From Verrucomicrobiota bacterium (GTDB lineage: Bacteria; Verrucomicrobiota; Verrucomicrobiia; Limisphaerales; Palsa-1400): a stretch of DNA of 63,777 nt. The stretch covers positions 1 to 63,777 of the forward strand of contig JBEKYR010000029.1 in NCBI GenBank assembly GCA_049510745.1, given 5' to 3'. A model generated the notes under the pieces. That model had not been told where the DNA came from. It was given only the letters and a program-made list of their open reading frames with translations, and ran no database searches. Of the stretch, positions 28,380 through 38,701 are shown one piece after another. The position numbers and the translations under genes are program-made. Every line of letters begins with the position of its first letter. Within the stretch, counting starts at the first letter, position 1.

Positions 28380-29944
28380 TACCCGTCATTGTCATCCTGG
28401 CCTACCTGGCGCTGATCGCGGTCATCGGCAGCGTCGCTTTCAAGAAAAACAAGGAAAACACCGAGGACTTTTTCCTGGCCAGCCGCTCCATCGGCCCGCT
28501 GGTTTTCTTCTTGTCAATTTTCGCCACCAACATGACCGCCTTCGCCATTCTCGGCAGTTCCGGGCAGGCCTACCGGCAGGGCATCGGCATTTACGGGTTG
28601 ATGGCGTCCTCGTCCTCCTTTGTCATTCCCCTGACGATTTTTTTCATCGGCACGCGGCTGTGGGCGCTCGGGAAAAAATTCGGACATCAAACCCAGGTTT
28701 CCTTTTTCCGCGACCGCTGGGAATGCAATCACATTGGCACCGCCATTTTCGCCCTCAGCGCGGCCATGCTGGTGCCTTACATGATTATCAGCATCATGGG
28801 CGGCGGCACCGTCCTGTCGGTCATCTCGACGGCGAAGGACACCCACCAACCGCTCATTGCCTACCCGCTCGGCTGCGCGATTGTCGCCATCGTGGTCACG
28901 TTGAACGTGTTCCTCGGCGGGATGCGCGGGACGGTTTGGGTGAACATTCTGCAAACCACGCTGTTCCTCTGCTTTGGCGCCATCGCGGTGGCGGTCATCA
29001 GCCATGCGCTTCCCCTCGGTTTCAGCGATTACATGCACAAACTGGCCGCGGACCCGAAGACCCGCTTTTTGGTTACGCGCGAAAAAATGCCGCCGCAAGT
29101 CTTCTGGAGTTACACGCTGATCCCGCTCTCCTCGATCATGTTTCCGCACATGGCGATCATGTGTTTTTCCGCCCGGCGCGTCTCCGCCTTCAAGCAGACG
29201 GTGATCGCCTATCCGCTGGCCATCCTGGCCATCTGGCTGCCGTGCGTCTTTCTCGGCGTGCTGGGCTTCGCCACTCTCGGAAAAATTCCCGACCCCGACG
29301 GCGTCCTGCTGCGGCTGCTGGACACTTACGCCCCCGCCTGGCTGGCGGGGATACTCGGCGCGGGCATCATCTCCGCCGTGATGGGTTCGGACGCCCACCA
29401 GGTTCTGGCCTTGAGCACGATGTTTACCCGGGACGTCTTCGCCCATTATGGCGGCCGCGAAAAATTCGGCGAAAGCCGCTCGGTCCACTTCGCGCGCGGA
29501 TTTATTGTTGTCGTGACGCTCGTCGCTTATTTTGTCGCGCTGGCGCTCAAGGAAAAGCAGGGCATTTTTGAAATCGCGGTGCGCTACGCCTTTTCCGGCT
29601 TCGCGGCCCTGGCGCCGGTCATGGTGGCCGCGCTGTTCTGGAAACGCAGCACCAAATGGGGCGCGCTGGCCGCCACCCTCTACGTCGCCGGATTCCTCCT
29701 CTGGACGGCCCTGATGCAAACCGGCCACAAACCCGGCGACATCCTCTGGCAGGCCGGGGACATCAAAGTTTTCTTTATCAACCCGCGCGGTGACGTGGCT
29801 TTTTGGAACGGTTTTATGACCGTGCTGCCCATGGTCCTCGGCTCGGCCTTGTGCGTCATTTTGTTTTCCGTCCTTACTCCGCCGCCGAGCGAGGCCACGA
29901 TTGCAAAGTATTTCAACACCACCGCCCCCCATGCCGCCCCCTGA
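28376..29944 (+). CDS. Sodium:solute symporter family transporter
   Basis: EDFFLASRSIG, FATNMTAFAILG, GGMRGTVWVNILQT, many TM helices; GTG start. Confidence 0.9.
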   Translation: MIPVIVILAYLALIAVIGSVAFKKNKENTEDFFLASRSIGPLVFFLSIFATNMTAFAILGSSGQAYRQGIGIYGLMASSSSFVIPLTIFFIGTRLWALGKKFGHQTQVSFFRDRWECNHIGTAIFALSAAMLVPYMIISIMGGGTVLSVISTAKDTHQPLIAYPLGCAIVAIVVTLNVFLGGMRGTVWVNILQTTLFLCFGAIAVAVISHALPLGFSDYMHKLAADPKTRFLVTREKMPPQVFWSYTLIPLSSIMFPHMAIMCFSARRVSAFKQTVIAYPLAILAIWLPCVFLGVLGFATLGKIPDPDGVLLRLLDTYAPAWLAGILGAGIISAVMGSDAHQVLALSTMFTRDVFAHYGGREKFGESRSVHFARGFIVVVTLVAYFVALALKEKQGIFEIAVRYAFSGFAALAPVMVAALFWKRSTKWGALAATLYVAGFLLWTALMQTGHKPGDILWQAGDIKVFFINPRGDVAFWNGFMTVLPMVLGSALCVILFSVLTPPPSEATIAKYFNTTAPHAAP

Positions 29945-31010
29945 CCAAAACGCCCTCGAGACCGCCCGGGACCAACTCGACGCCCACGTGCGTGAGATCG
30001 TGCGATGGCATTTTTCCCCGGAAACAGGCTCCCCCTTCTGGCTGGATTGGGCGAAAAAGGCCGGATGGAATCCCGCCACCGAAGTCAAATGCTTTGGCTG
30101 CCTGCAACGGTTCCCCCACTTCCAGGATGAATGGTTGCGGGACTTGCAGCCCGAAGTCTGGGTCCCCAAAAAATTCCAGGGCCGGCCCTTCAACATTTTT
30201 GAAACCGGCGGCACCACCGGCATGCCCAAGCAGCGCATCGGCTGGGACGATTACAAAACAGACTACGAGGAGTTCTCCGGCAAACTTTCCGACGCCCATT
30301 TTCCGCCCGGCGGCTCCTGGCTGATGGTCGGGCCGACCGGCCCGCGCCGTTTGCGCCTGGCGGTCGAGCACCTGGCCAATTTTCGCGGCAGTTCCTGCTA
30401 CTTCATCGACCTGGACCCGCGCTGGGTCAAACGCGTCCTCTCCGAGAAGAAGCCCAACGCCGCCCGCGCCTACTTGGACCACGTCGTCGAGCAAGCCGTC
30501 ACCATATTGAAGCATCGCAAGGTCAGCGCGCTCTTCACCACGCCGAAGTTGCTGGAGGCGCTGGGGGAAAAGATCAACCTTTGGGAAGCCGGCATTCGCG
30601 GCGTCTTTTGCGGCGGCACGACGATCGCCCCGCAATACGCGCGCTTCCTCGTCGAGGAAGTTTTGGAAAACCGCATCGGCTTTTATCCGGCTTACGGCAA
30701 CACGCTGATGGGTTTGGCGGCCAGCGTCCCCCTCCGGCCCGAGGACAATTTTTCGGTCACCTATTACGCGCCGCAGCCGCGCGCCGTCCTGCGCGTGGTC
30801 GATCCCGCCAGGACGGACCAGGTGGTCGGCTACGGCCAATGGGGCCGGGTCGAACTGACCACGCTGACCCGCGAGTTTTTCATGCCGCGCTTTTTGGAGC
30901 GGGACGAAGCCATCCGGCGCGAGCCGCGCGCTCCTTACGCCTGGGACGGCGTGGCCGAAGTGCGCCCCTTCGGCGCGATGGAAAAAGACATTATTGAAGG
31001 GGTTTATTGA
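29931..31010 (+). CDS. Truncated ANL-superfamily adenylating enzyme (EhpF/LuxE/PaaK-like)
   Basis: P-loop ETGGTTGMPK, YGNTLMG, GRVELTTL..RFLERD; about 360 aa without the ANL C-terminal domain. Confidence 0.65.
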   Translation: MPPPDQNALETARDQLDAHVREIVRWHFSPETGSPFWLDWAKKAGWNPATEVKCFGCLQRFPHFQDEWLRDLQPEVWVPKKFQGRPFNIFETGGTTGMPKQRIGWDDYKTDYEEFSGKLSDAHFPPGGSWLMVGPTGPRRLRLAVEHLANFRGSSCYFIDLDPRWVKRVLSEKKPNAARAYLDHVVEQAVTILKHRKVSALFTTPKLLEALGEKINLWEAGIRGVFCGGTTIAPQYARFLVEEVLENRIGFYPAYGNTLMGLAASVPLRPEDNFSVTYYAPQPRAVLRVVDPARTDQVVGYGQWGRVELTTLTREFFMPRFLERDEAIRREPRAPYAWDGVAEVRPFGAMEKDIIEGVY

Positions 31011-31017
31011 AGCTTGC

Positions 31018-32430
31018 ATGGCGCCTCACCTTCCAGCCTTGCGCCGCGGACGGGCCTACGAAAGCCTCGATAAGAGCAACGTGGTCGATTGCCGCAGCGG
31101 CCAAACCCTGGCCACTCTCAGCCAGGTCAACGCCGGCGTCATCCGCAAGGATTTGGCCCGCGCCGCCGAATCGCGCGCCGCCTTGAAAAAATTCACCGTC
31201 GCGCAGTTGCTCGACATCTGCGCGCGCGCCGGCGCCGAATTCCTCAATGGCTCTCTGCCCCTTGACGACCAGCAGCAATCGCCGCAGGCCTACATCGAAA
31301 CCCTTTCCGCCACCAGCGGCCTGCCGTGGGTCATGGTGCGCCGCAACATGGCCAAAATCCACGACGCCCTGACTCACATGGGGACAATTCTCAACGGCCT
31401 GACGCGCGGGCTTGACCTGAGCGTGCTGGACGCGGGGTTTGGCGGGCGCTTGAGCTTTTACCCGGCGGCCAGCAGCCTGGGGCTGGTCATGCCGAGCAAT
31501 TCGCCGGCGGTCAATTCCCTGTGGCTGCCAGCCATTCCATTGAAAATCCCCGTGATGATCAAACCCGGCCGCGACGAGCCGTGGACGCCCTACCGGCTCA
31601 TCCAGGCCTTCATTGCCGCCGGCTGTCCGGCGGAGGCCTTTGGATTTTATCCCACCGACCACGAGGGCGCGGGCGAAATTCTGCGCCACTGCGGACGCGC
31701 GCTTGTTTTTGGCGACAAAAACACCACCGCCGCTTACGCCAATAATCCGGCCATTCAAATCCACGGCCCGGGCTACAGCAAAATCCTCGTCGGCGACGAC
31801 CAAATCGAACGCTGGCCGGAGTTCATCGACCTGATGGTGTCCGCCATTTCCGACAACGGCGGACGCAGTTGCATCAACGCCTCGGCCATTGTCGTGCCGA
31901 AATACGCTGCCGAAATCGCGGACGCTTTGGCGCGGGAGCTTGGCCCCATCGCTCCCCTGGCCGCCTCGGATGAAAACGCCAGACTGGCGGGCTTCGCCAA
32001 TGTAAAAATGGCCGAATTCATCGACGGCGCAATCGAAGAAGGCCTGAAAACTCCGGGCGCCATCGAGGTCACGGCCAGGCACCGGAACGGCCCGCGCAAG
32101 GCGCGATTCGACGGCGGCACTTATCTGCGCCCCACCATCGTGCTGTGCGATTCCTTGGACCATCCGCTGGCCAACCGCGAGTTTCTCTTTCCTTACGCCA
32201 GCGTGGTGACCGTGGCGCAATCGGCCATGCTCGAACGCATCGGGCCGTCCCTGGCCGTGACGGCCATCACCCGCGACCGCGCCTTCATCGGGCAATTGGT
32301 GGAATCGCCCCTGATTGAGCGACTCAACATCGGCCCCCTCTCCACCATGACCGTGTCCTGGGACCAGCCGCACGAAGGGAATCTGTTTGAATTCCTTTAC
32401 AAACGCCGCTCCATTGAAATTGCGCAATGA
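31018..32430 (+). CDS. Aldehyde dehydrogenase-fold protein (acyl-reductase-like)
   Basis: PSNSP, IKPG, catalytic Cys NGGRSCINAS, REFLFP; ELGG replaced by HGPG. Confidence 0.8.
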   Translation: MAPHLPALRRGRAYESLDKSNVVDCRSGQTLATLSQVNAGVIRKDLARAAESRAALKKFTVAQLLDICARAGAEFLNGSLPLDDQQQSPQAYIETLSATSGLPWVMVRRNMAKIHDALTHMGTILNGLTRGLDLSVLDAGFGGRLSFYPAASSLGLVMPSNSPAVNSLWLPAIPLKIPVMIKPGRDEPWTPYRLIQAFIAAGCPAEAFGFYPTDHEGAGEILRHCGRALVFGDKNTTAAYANNPAIQIHGPGYSKILVGDDQIERWPEFIDLMVSAISDNGGRSCINASAIVVPKYAAEIADALARELGPIAPLAASDENARLAGFANVKMAEFIDGAIEEGLKTPGAIEVTARHRNGPRKARFDGGTYLRPTIVLCDSLDHPLANREFLFPYASVVTVAQSAMLERIGPSLAVTAITRDRAFIGQLVESPLIERLNIGPLSTMTVSWDQPHEGNLFEFLYKRRSIEIAQ

Positions 32431-32474
32431 ACACGCCGCCGCGGAACTTCGTCTGAACTTGTGCATGGAAACGA

Positions 32475-33641
32475 ATGCCTGACACGCCCGCCAACCCGTT
32501 TGACCATCAGCCCCGCACGCGCATCGTCTTTGGCCTCCAGGTCGTGGAACGCGCCGGCGAACTGGCCCGCGAAACAGGCATCAAAAAGGCCCTGGTCGTC
32601 ACCGACCCCGGCGTCGTCGCCGCCGGCCACCTGGACCGCTTGCGCCAGGCGTTGCGCCTGGCCAACGTCGAAACCATTTTGTTTGACAAAGTGCGCGAGA
32701 ACCCGACCACCGCCGACGTGGACGAGTGCTTGCGCGCGGCCCGCGACGCGCAGATCGACGGGATAATCGGGCTGGGCGGCGGCAGCAGCATGGACACCGC
32801 CAAAGGCTGCAATTTTCTCCTGACCAACGGCGGGCGCATGCAGGATTACTGGGGCGTGGGCCGCGCGACCCGCCCCATGCTCCCGCTCATCGCCATCCCG
32901 ACCACCGCCGGCACCGGCAGCGAGTGCCAGTCCTTCGCCCTCATCGCCGACGCCAAAACCCACCAGAAAATGGCCTGCGGCGACCCGAAAGCCGCCGCGC
33001 GCATCGCCCTCCTGGACCCGTTGCTGACACTGTCCCAACCCCCGCGCGTGGCCGCCTGCACCGGCCTGGACGCGCTGGCGCACGCGCTGGAGACAGCGGT
33101 GACCAGAAAACGCAACGCGCTGTCGCTGGCTTATTCCCGCGAATCGTGGCGGCTGTGCGAAACCTTCCTGCCGCGCGTGCTGCAAAAGGGAAGCGATCTG
33201 GACGCTCGGGCCGGGATGTTGCTGGGCGCGGCCCTGGCGGGTCTGGCCATCGAGAACAGCATGTTGGGCGCGGCCCACGCGGCGGCCAACCCGTTGACCG
33301 CCCACTTCCACATCGTGCATGGGCAGGCTGTCGGCCTGATGCTGCCGGCGGTCGTGCGCTTCAACGCCGCCGACGCCGAGACCGCCCGGCTCTACGAGGA
33401 ATTGGACGCCGGCACAGCCGCGGGACTGGGCGCGAAATTGGACCGGTTGCTCGATCTGGCGGGCCTGCCGCGCTCGCTGGCCGATTGCGAGGTGGCTCCC
33501 GCCGCCATTCCCCTGCTGGCCGCCGAAGCGGCCAAACAATGGACCGCCGCCTTCAATCCCCGGGCCGTCACGGAGCAGGATTTCGTCAAATTATACGAAG
33601 CCGCCTTCGCCCCGCGCCCCGCCGGTCCTTTCCCTCCCTGA
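32475..33641 (+). CDS. Iron-containing alcohol dehydrogenase
   Basis: GLGGGSSMDTAKG, IPTTAGTGSE, GLDALAHALE, GAAHAAANPL, HGQAV. Confidence 0.93.
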   Translation: MPDTPANPFDHQPRTRIVFGLQVVERAGELARETGIKKALVVTDPGVVAAGHLDRLRQALRLANVETILFDKVRENPTTADVDECLRAARDAQIDGIIGLGGGSSMDTAKGCNFLLTNGGRMQDYWGVGRATRPMLPLIAIPTTAGTGSECQSFALIADAKTHQKMACGDPKAAARIALLDPLLTLSQPPRVAACTGLDALAHALETAVTRKRNALSLAYSRESWRLCETFLPRVLQKGSDLDARAGMLLGAALAGLAIENSMLGAAHAAANPLTAHFHIVHGQAVGLMLPAVVRFNAADAETARLYEELDAGTAAGLGAKLDRLLDLAGLPRSLADCEVAPAAIPLLAAEAAKQWTAAFNPRAVTEQDFVKLYEAAFAPRPAGPFPP

Positions 33642-33657
33642 GTTCCAGGTTCTCCGG

Positions 33658-34032
33658 TTATTTGCCTTCCGCAATTTTCAACTGGTAATCGGACGACATT
33701 AAGCTGTCCGGACGCGGTTGCGATATGGCATTGATGAGGAAATCGAACTTGTAGTGGTAATGGATTGTGTCCTTGTCGGCGGGCACCGGAATAAACGCCT
33801 CCCACCGGTCCTTGACCACGCCCACGGGCCGCATGGGGTAGGTGTCATTGTCCACGACCACCAGCGGCTTGAAGGAATCCTCCCGGATCGCTTGCCGGTT
33901 GCTGCGCCACTGCGCCTCGACCCGGTAAAAGCCGGACGGATCGCGGGAGTAGCGCGACGGTGTCAAATTGGTGATGGAACTGCACCCGGCCAGAAGCACG
34001 GGCAACAAAAGAAGGGCAAAAATCTTTTTCAT
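33658..34032 (-). CDS. Hypothetical lipoprotein
   Basis: MKKIFALLLLPVLLAGC lipobox, beta-rich domain. Confidence 0.75.
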   Translation of the reverse strand: MKKIFALLLLPVLLAGCSSITNLTPSRYSRDPSGFYRVEAQWRSNRQAIREDSFKPLVVVDNDTYPMRPVGVVKDRWEAFIPVPADKDTIHYHYKFDFLINAISQPRPDSLMSSDYQLKIAEGK

Positions 34033-34253
34033 CTTCGGTATTTCCCGGGGCGGGCGCCTCAGCGCGACCCGTCCCGTGAACAGATGCTGGCCGGGTTCGG
34101 AGCGGATTTCAAGCGATTTTCCGTTTTTTGCCCGCAAGCGCGCGCCTCTCAGTTTTTGGCAGGGATCGGACAGGGTCGCAGAAGCTCCAAAAACCGACAT
34201 ATGCCCGTCGGCCCGCCCGGCTTCCACATTTTTCTCGACAGAGGGGAAATCTG

Positions 34254-34300
34254 AATTTAGACTCCCCGCATTGCGGCTTTCAATGCGGGGAGTCTAAATT
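34254..34300. repeat. Perfect 20-bp inverted repeat
   Basis: AATTTAGACTCCCCGCATTG-cggcttt-CAATGCGGGGAGTCTAAATT. Confidence 0.9.
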
Positions 34301-34548
34301 TTAAATTCGCCTGAATCCATGGCGATGCCCTCACGCTGTTCACCCAATGGTGCCTGTCGTCGCGCCCTGATTTCCGCCGGTGAGAGGCTGGCGGGAGGGA
34401 CCGATCCCGCCTGCGCGCTGCGGCGGCGTCCCGGCCTGGGGATTGTCCAAAAACCAAGATGCGCCCCCCGCAAGCCTGGCGCCCCGGCGAAAACGCTTTG
34501 AGATTGTTTCCTCCACGGGCTGGGCATTAGCGTCTTGCGGGTGCCGCG

Positions 34549-35967
34549 ATGAAATTTGATCGTTCTCGATACGCTTTGGCCGTGCCGCTGCTGGCGGCGG
34601 TTTGTGCCGTGGCCGCTCTGGTTTTCTGGTGGACGCGTCAGGGTCAAGACACCCTTTCCGAGCGGCTTCCCGGAGCCGATCAACCGCCCGGCGCCGACGG
34701 CGCGGCCGCGGTCAATCCCATTTTGGCCGGCAAGCTAATCCAAGGGAATGCCCAGCCGGGGAATCTCTCCGGCCTCTGGCCCCAGTTCCGCGGGCCGAAT
34801 CGCGACGGCATCAGCCCGGAAACCACGCCGCTGGCCCGTTCCTGGGACGCCGCCGGGCCGCGCCAGTTGTGGGCGGTGGATTGCGGGGAGGGTTATGCGG
34901 GCGCCGCCGTTCGCGACGGGCGCGTTTACCTCATGGATTACGACTATGACAAAAGGCAGAACGCGCTGCGCTGCCTCTCGCTGGCCGACGGCGGCGAGAT
35001 TTGGCGTTACGCCTACACGATGCCGGTCAAGCGCAACCACGGGATGACCCGCACCGTGCCCGCGGTCTCGGACAAATTCGTCGTGGCGATGGATCCCAAG
35101 TGCAATGTCCTTTGTCTGGACGCCGCCACGGGGGAATTGCGCTGGGGAATGAATCTGGTCAGGGAAGAGGGAGCGACCGTTCCGCCCTGGTACACCGGCC
35201 AATGCCCGTTCATCGACGGAAAAGCCGTCATTCTGGCTCCCGGCGGCCACGATGCCCTGCTCACCGCAGTGGAGCTTGAGACCGGAAAACCCCTCTGGCG
35301 CGCGCCTAATCCGCACGACTGGAAGATGACGCATTCTTCCGTGATGCCGATGGATTTTGGCGGGCAGCGGTTTTATGTCTATTGCGGCAGCGGCGGTGTG
35401 GCCGGCATTTCAGCCAGGGACGGAATCCTGCTCTGGGAAACCACCGCGTGGAAGATCAGCATTGCCACCGTGCCGTCGCCGCTCGTTCTCGACGGCGGGA
35501 AAATTTTCCTGGCCGGCGGCTACAACGCCGGGAGTCTCCTCCTCCAACTCCGGGACCAGGGCGGCAAGCTCGTGCCGGAAACGGTCTGGAAGCTGGCTCC
35601 CGAAGTTTTCGGCGCGGCACAACACACGCCCATTCTCCACGACGGCCGCCTGTTTGGCACGCGGCCCGATGGGCAATTCGTCTGCCTGGGTCTGGACGGC
35701 AAAGTTCTCTGGGCCAGCCCGGCGGGAGACCCCTTCGGCCTGGGTCCCTTCCTGTTTGCGGACGGCCTGTTCTTTGTGATGAACGATTCCGGCAAACTCA
35801 GCCTGGTGGACGACTCCCCGACGCGCTTCAAACTGCTGGCGCAGGCGCAAGTGCTCCAGGGCCGCGAGTCGTGGGGGCCGCTGGCGCTGGCCGGGGGACG
35901 TTTGCTGGCGCGCGACTTCACGCGCCTGGTCTGTCTGGACGTTGCGGCGGCCTCGCAACCGAAATAA
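34549..35967 (+). CDS. Membrane-anchored PQQ-like beta-propeller protein
   Basis: N-terminal TM, WPQFRGPNRDG, GEGYAG, SWGPLALAGGRLLARD. Confidence 0.82.
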   Translation: MKFDRSRYALAVPLLAAVCAVAALVFWWTRQGQDTLSERLPGADQPPGADGAAAVNPILAGKLIQGNAQPGNLSGLWPQFRGPNRDGISPETTPLARSWDAAGPRQLWAVDCGEGYAGAAVRDGRVYLMDYDYDKRQNALRCLSLADGGEIWRYAYTMPVKRNHGMTRTVPAVSDKFVVAMDPKCNVLCLDAATGELRWGMNLVREEGATVPPWYTGQCPFIDGKAVILAPGGHDALLTAVELETGKPLWRAPNPHDWKMTHSSVMPMDFGGQRFYVYCGSGGVAGISARDGILLWETTAWKISIATVPSPLVLDGGKIFLAGGYNAGSLLLQLRDQGGKLVPETVWKLAPEVFGAAQHTPILHDGRLFGTRPDGQFVCLGLDGKVLWASPAGDPFGLGPFLFADGLFFVMNDSGKLSLVDDSPTRFKLLAQAQVLQGRESWGPLALAGGRLLARDFTRLVCLDVAAASQPK

Positions 35968-36109
35968 TTCATTGGGCCTTGGCCAACTGCCATTCAGGAC
36001 TGACCCTTCGGCCCTCGTGATTTTTGGCTTGCGGTTGCCCTCGAAAGCTTCCAGTCTTTCGCCGACCATGAAACAAGAACTCGACCTGACAAAACAAGAG
36101 AAGGAATTT

Positions 36110-36781
36110 ATGCGCAAGATAAAACAGGCAACGCCGCAGTTCGGCGGGCTTTTCATTTCGGCCCTGGCTGGTTTGCTGCTGGCCGGCTGCCAATCCGCCA
36201 ACGAACCCGCTCCGGCTCCCCAACCGCAAACCCAATCGCCGGCCGCCGCCGCGCCGGCCGCCACCGTCGCCGTGCCCGCCGCGCCTGCCGCCACACCGGC
36301 GCCCGCGCCTGCCGACCCGACCAAGCCACAGCCCATCGTCCGCATCAAAGCCGGCGTTTCGGAACCGTTCAAGGATTCCGAAGGAAATGTCTGGCTCCCC
36401 GAGCAGGGATTTTTGGACGGGGATACGACGGATCGTCCCGACCTTAAGATCGAAAACACGAAAACCCCCTCCCTTTATCTGACAGAACGATACGGCATGA
36501 CCTCCTTCACTTACCCGGTTCTCAACGGCAAATACCTGGTCAAGCTTCATTTCGCCGAGACCTACGAAGGGATCACGGGGCCGGGCCAGCGGGTTTTTTC
36601 CGTCAACGTCCAGGGGCATGAGTTTAAGGACCTGGACATTTGGGTCAAAGCGGGCGGCCCGCTGCGCGCCTACGTCGAAAGCGTCCCGGTGGAAGTCACC
36701 GACGGCAAGGTGCAGATTACCTTCACGCCCAATGTGGAAAACCCCCAGATCAACGCCATTGAGATCATTCCCCAACCTTGA
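36110..36781 (+). CDS. Malectin-domain lipoprotein
   Basis: LLAGC lipobox, Pro/Ala linker, LYLTERYG, NGKYLVKLHFAETY, GQRVFSVNVQG, INAIEI; alternative start 36069. Confidence 0.85.
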   Translation: MRKIKQATPQFGGLFISALAGLLLAGCQSANEPAPAPQPQTQSPAAAAPAATVAVPAAPAATPAPAPADPTKPQPIVRIKAGVSEPFKDSEGNVWLPEQGFLDGDTTDRPDLKIENTKTPSLYLTERYGMTSFTYPVLNGKYLVKLHFAETYEGITGPGQRVFSVNVQGHEFKDLDIWVKAGGPLRAYVESVPVEVTDGKVQITFTPNVENPQINAIEIIPQP

Positions 36782-36866
36782 TCGTGAGGCCGCCTGTTTA
36801 GTTGGGCGCCAAAAGCGCCGATACCAGATGCAGAGATGTAATGCCCGTGAACCATGCGGGTAATGG

Positions 36867-38594
36867 ATGAAAGAAACAGGCACTAACTTGTCCGCGTTCC
36901 TGCAAAGCGACTCGTCGGAGCAATCTTCGCGGGAGTCGCAGGCGCTGCACTATTTGCTGCTGGATCAACTGCCGATCGGGGTTTTCCAAAAAGACAGGGA
37001 GGGCCGTTACATCTTCGTCAATTCATGGTTTTGCCGTCTCAGAAAGGCAACCCCGGGTCAATTCCTGGGCAAAACCCCCTCAGAAGTTGCCGCCCTCAAC
37101 TGGGCGCCCGAAGGCGCGGAGCATCCTGAGAGGTTGAGAGAAATCAAGCGGTCAGAGGAGGGATCCAGCCATCATGCGCTCATCATGCAGACCGGCCGGC
37201 CCATTGAAGCAGAAGAGTACTACGCGGATGTGGATGGCAAAGAGATGCATTTGCATGCGATTAAAGGGCCGTTAATCGGCCCTGATGGAACGATCGTTGG
37301 CTCGCAGGGCGTGTTATTGGATATCACGGAGCGCAAACGGACAGAGGCGCAGTTGGCCAGCGAGCGGGATTTGTTGCGGGCGCTGCTGAATTCCTCGATG
37401 GATGCCATTTATTTCAAGGACCGCGAATCGCGCTTCATTCGCAGCAGCGCCGTCATGGCTCGGAACTTCAACCTCCGCAGCCCGGACGAATTAATTGGCA
37501 AACGCGACTTTGACTTCTTCGGCAAGGAGCATGCCCAACAGGCCTTCGAGGACGAACAGGAAATCATCCGCACCGGCCGGCCAATGATTGGCAAGAGCGA
37601 GAAGGAAACCTACCCGGACGGACGTGTCACTTGGGCGCTGACCAGCAAAATGCCGCTCCATAACAGCCAGGGTGAAATCATCGGGACGCTCGGCATCTCC
37701 AAGGACATAACGGCCTTCAAGGAAGCGGAGGTCAAAGTGGAACAATTGCACCGGCAATTATTGCAGACTTCGCGGCAGGCCGGCATGGCCGAAATTGCCA
37801 CCAACGTCCTGCACAACGTCGGCAACGTCCTCAACAGCGTTAATGTCTCGGCCGCCCTCCTTTTGGAAACCACAAAGAAATCAAAAATCTCGTTCCTGGG
37901 CAAAGTCGTCGAGTTGCTGGACGAACACTCCGCCGATCTGGGCGCCTTCCTGGCCACTGACCCAAAAGGCAGGCAGTTGCCCGGCTATTTGGGCCGCCTT
38001 TTCGAGCAATTGGCCGGCGAGCAGCAGCGGACCATCGCGGAACTCGAATCGCTGCGACAGAACATTGAACACATCAAGGAAATCGTGGCGATGCAGCAGG
38101 CCTACGCCAGGGTTGCCGGTGTGACCGAAATCGTCAATGTGACCGATCTCGTCGAAGACGCCGTGCGGATGAACGCCGGAGCGCTGGTCCGGCATGATGT
38201 CGAGCTGGTTCGCGAATACGCTGAAGTGCCGGTCGTGACCATTGAAAAACACAAGGTGCTCCAGATTCTGGTGAACTTGATCCGCAATGCCAAGTATGCC
38301 TGTGACGATTCCGGGCGGGAAGGCAAGCAGGTCAGACTCAAGATCTCCAGGCATGATCCGTGGATCAGCATTGCGGTCGCTGATAACGGAGTCGGAATCC
38401 CCCCGGAAAACCTGACGCGCGTTTTCAACCACGGTTTTACGACACGCAAAGGCGGCCACGGCTTCGGCCTCCATAGCGGCGCGCTGGCGGCCAAGGAGTT
38501 GGGCGGCAGGCTGACCGCACAGAGCGAGGGCCTGGGCAAGGGGGCGACCTTCACGCTCGAGTTGCCCATGCAATCTCCCAAGAACGGCTCCTGA
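36867..38594 (+). CDS. Cytoplasmic PAS-PAS sensor histidine kinase
   Basis: Two PAS domains, H-box VLHNVGNVLN, N-box NLIRNAKYA, DNGVGI, GHGFGL. Confidence 0.92.
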   Translation: MKETGTNLSAFLQSDSSEQSSRESQALHYLLLDQLPIGVFQKDREGRYIFVNSWFCRLRKATPGQFLGKTPSEVAALNWAPEGAEHPERLREIKRSEEGSSHHALIMQTGRPIEAEEYYADVDGKEMHLHAIKGPLIGPDGTIVGSQGVLLDITERKRTEAQLASERDLLRALLNSSMDAIYFKDRESRFIRSSAVMARNFNLRSPDELIGKRDFDFFGKEHAQQAFEDEQEIIRTGRPMIGKSEKETYPDGRVTWALTSKMPLHNSQGEIIGTLGISKDITAFKEAEVKVEQLHRQLLQTSRQAGMAEIATNVLHNVGNVLNSVNVSAALLLETTKKSKISFLGKVVELLDEHSADLGAFLATDPKGRQLPGYLGRLFEQLAGEQQRTIAELESLRQNIEHIKEIVAMQQAYARVAGVTEIVNVTDLVEDAVRMNAGALVRHDVELVREYAEVPVVTIEKHKVLQILVNLIRNAKYACDDSGREGKQVRLKISRHDPWISIAVADNGVGIPPENLTRVFNHGFTTRKGGHGFGLHSGALAAKELGGRLTAQSEGLGKGATFTLELPMQSPKNGS

Positions 38595-38701
38595 TCGCTG
38601 CTCGTCCCTGGGTAAAACAGGCCAAGGAATGTCAAGGCTTGGACAAAAGATGATTAGCCTCTTTCCGCAAAACGGCGGAAGCTCATGGAAATGGCTGAGG
38701 C

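Noticed and set aside
24053..30238. Long antisense ORFs (776, 651, 574 aa) and similar shadows elsewhere (661-1725, 44211-47554, 54341-57304, 59867-61495)
   Set aside because: Mirror frames of real genes in high-GC DNA, with no motifs of their own.
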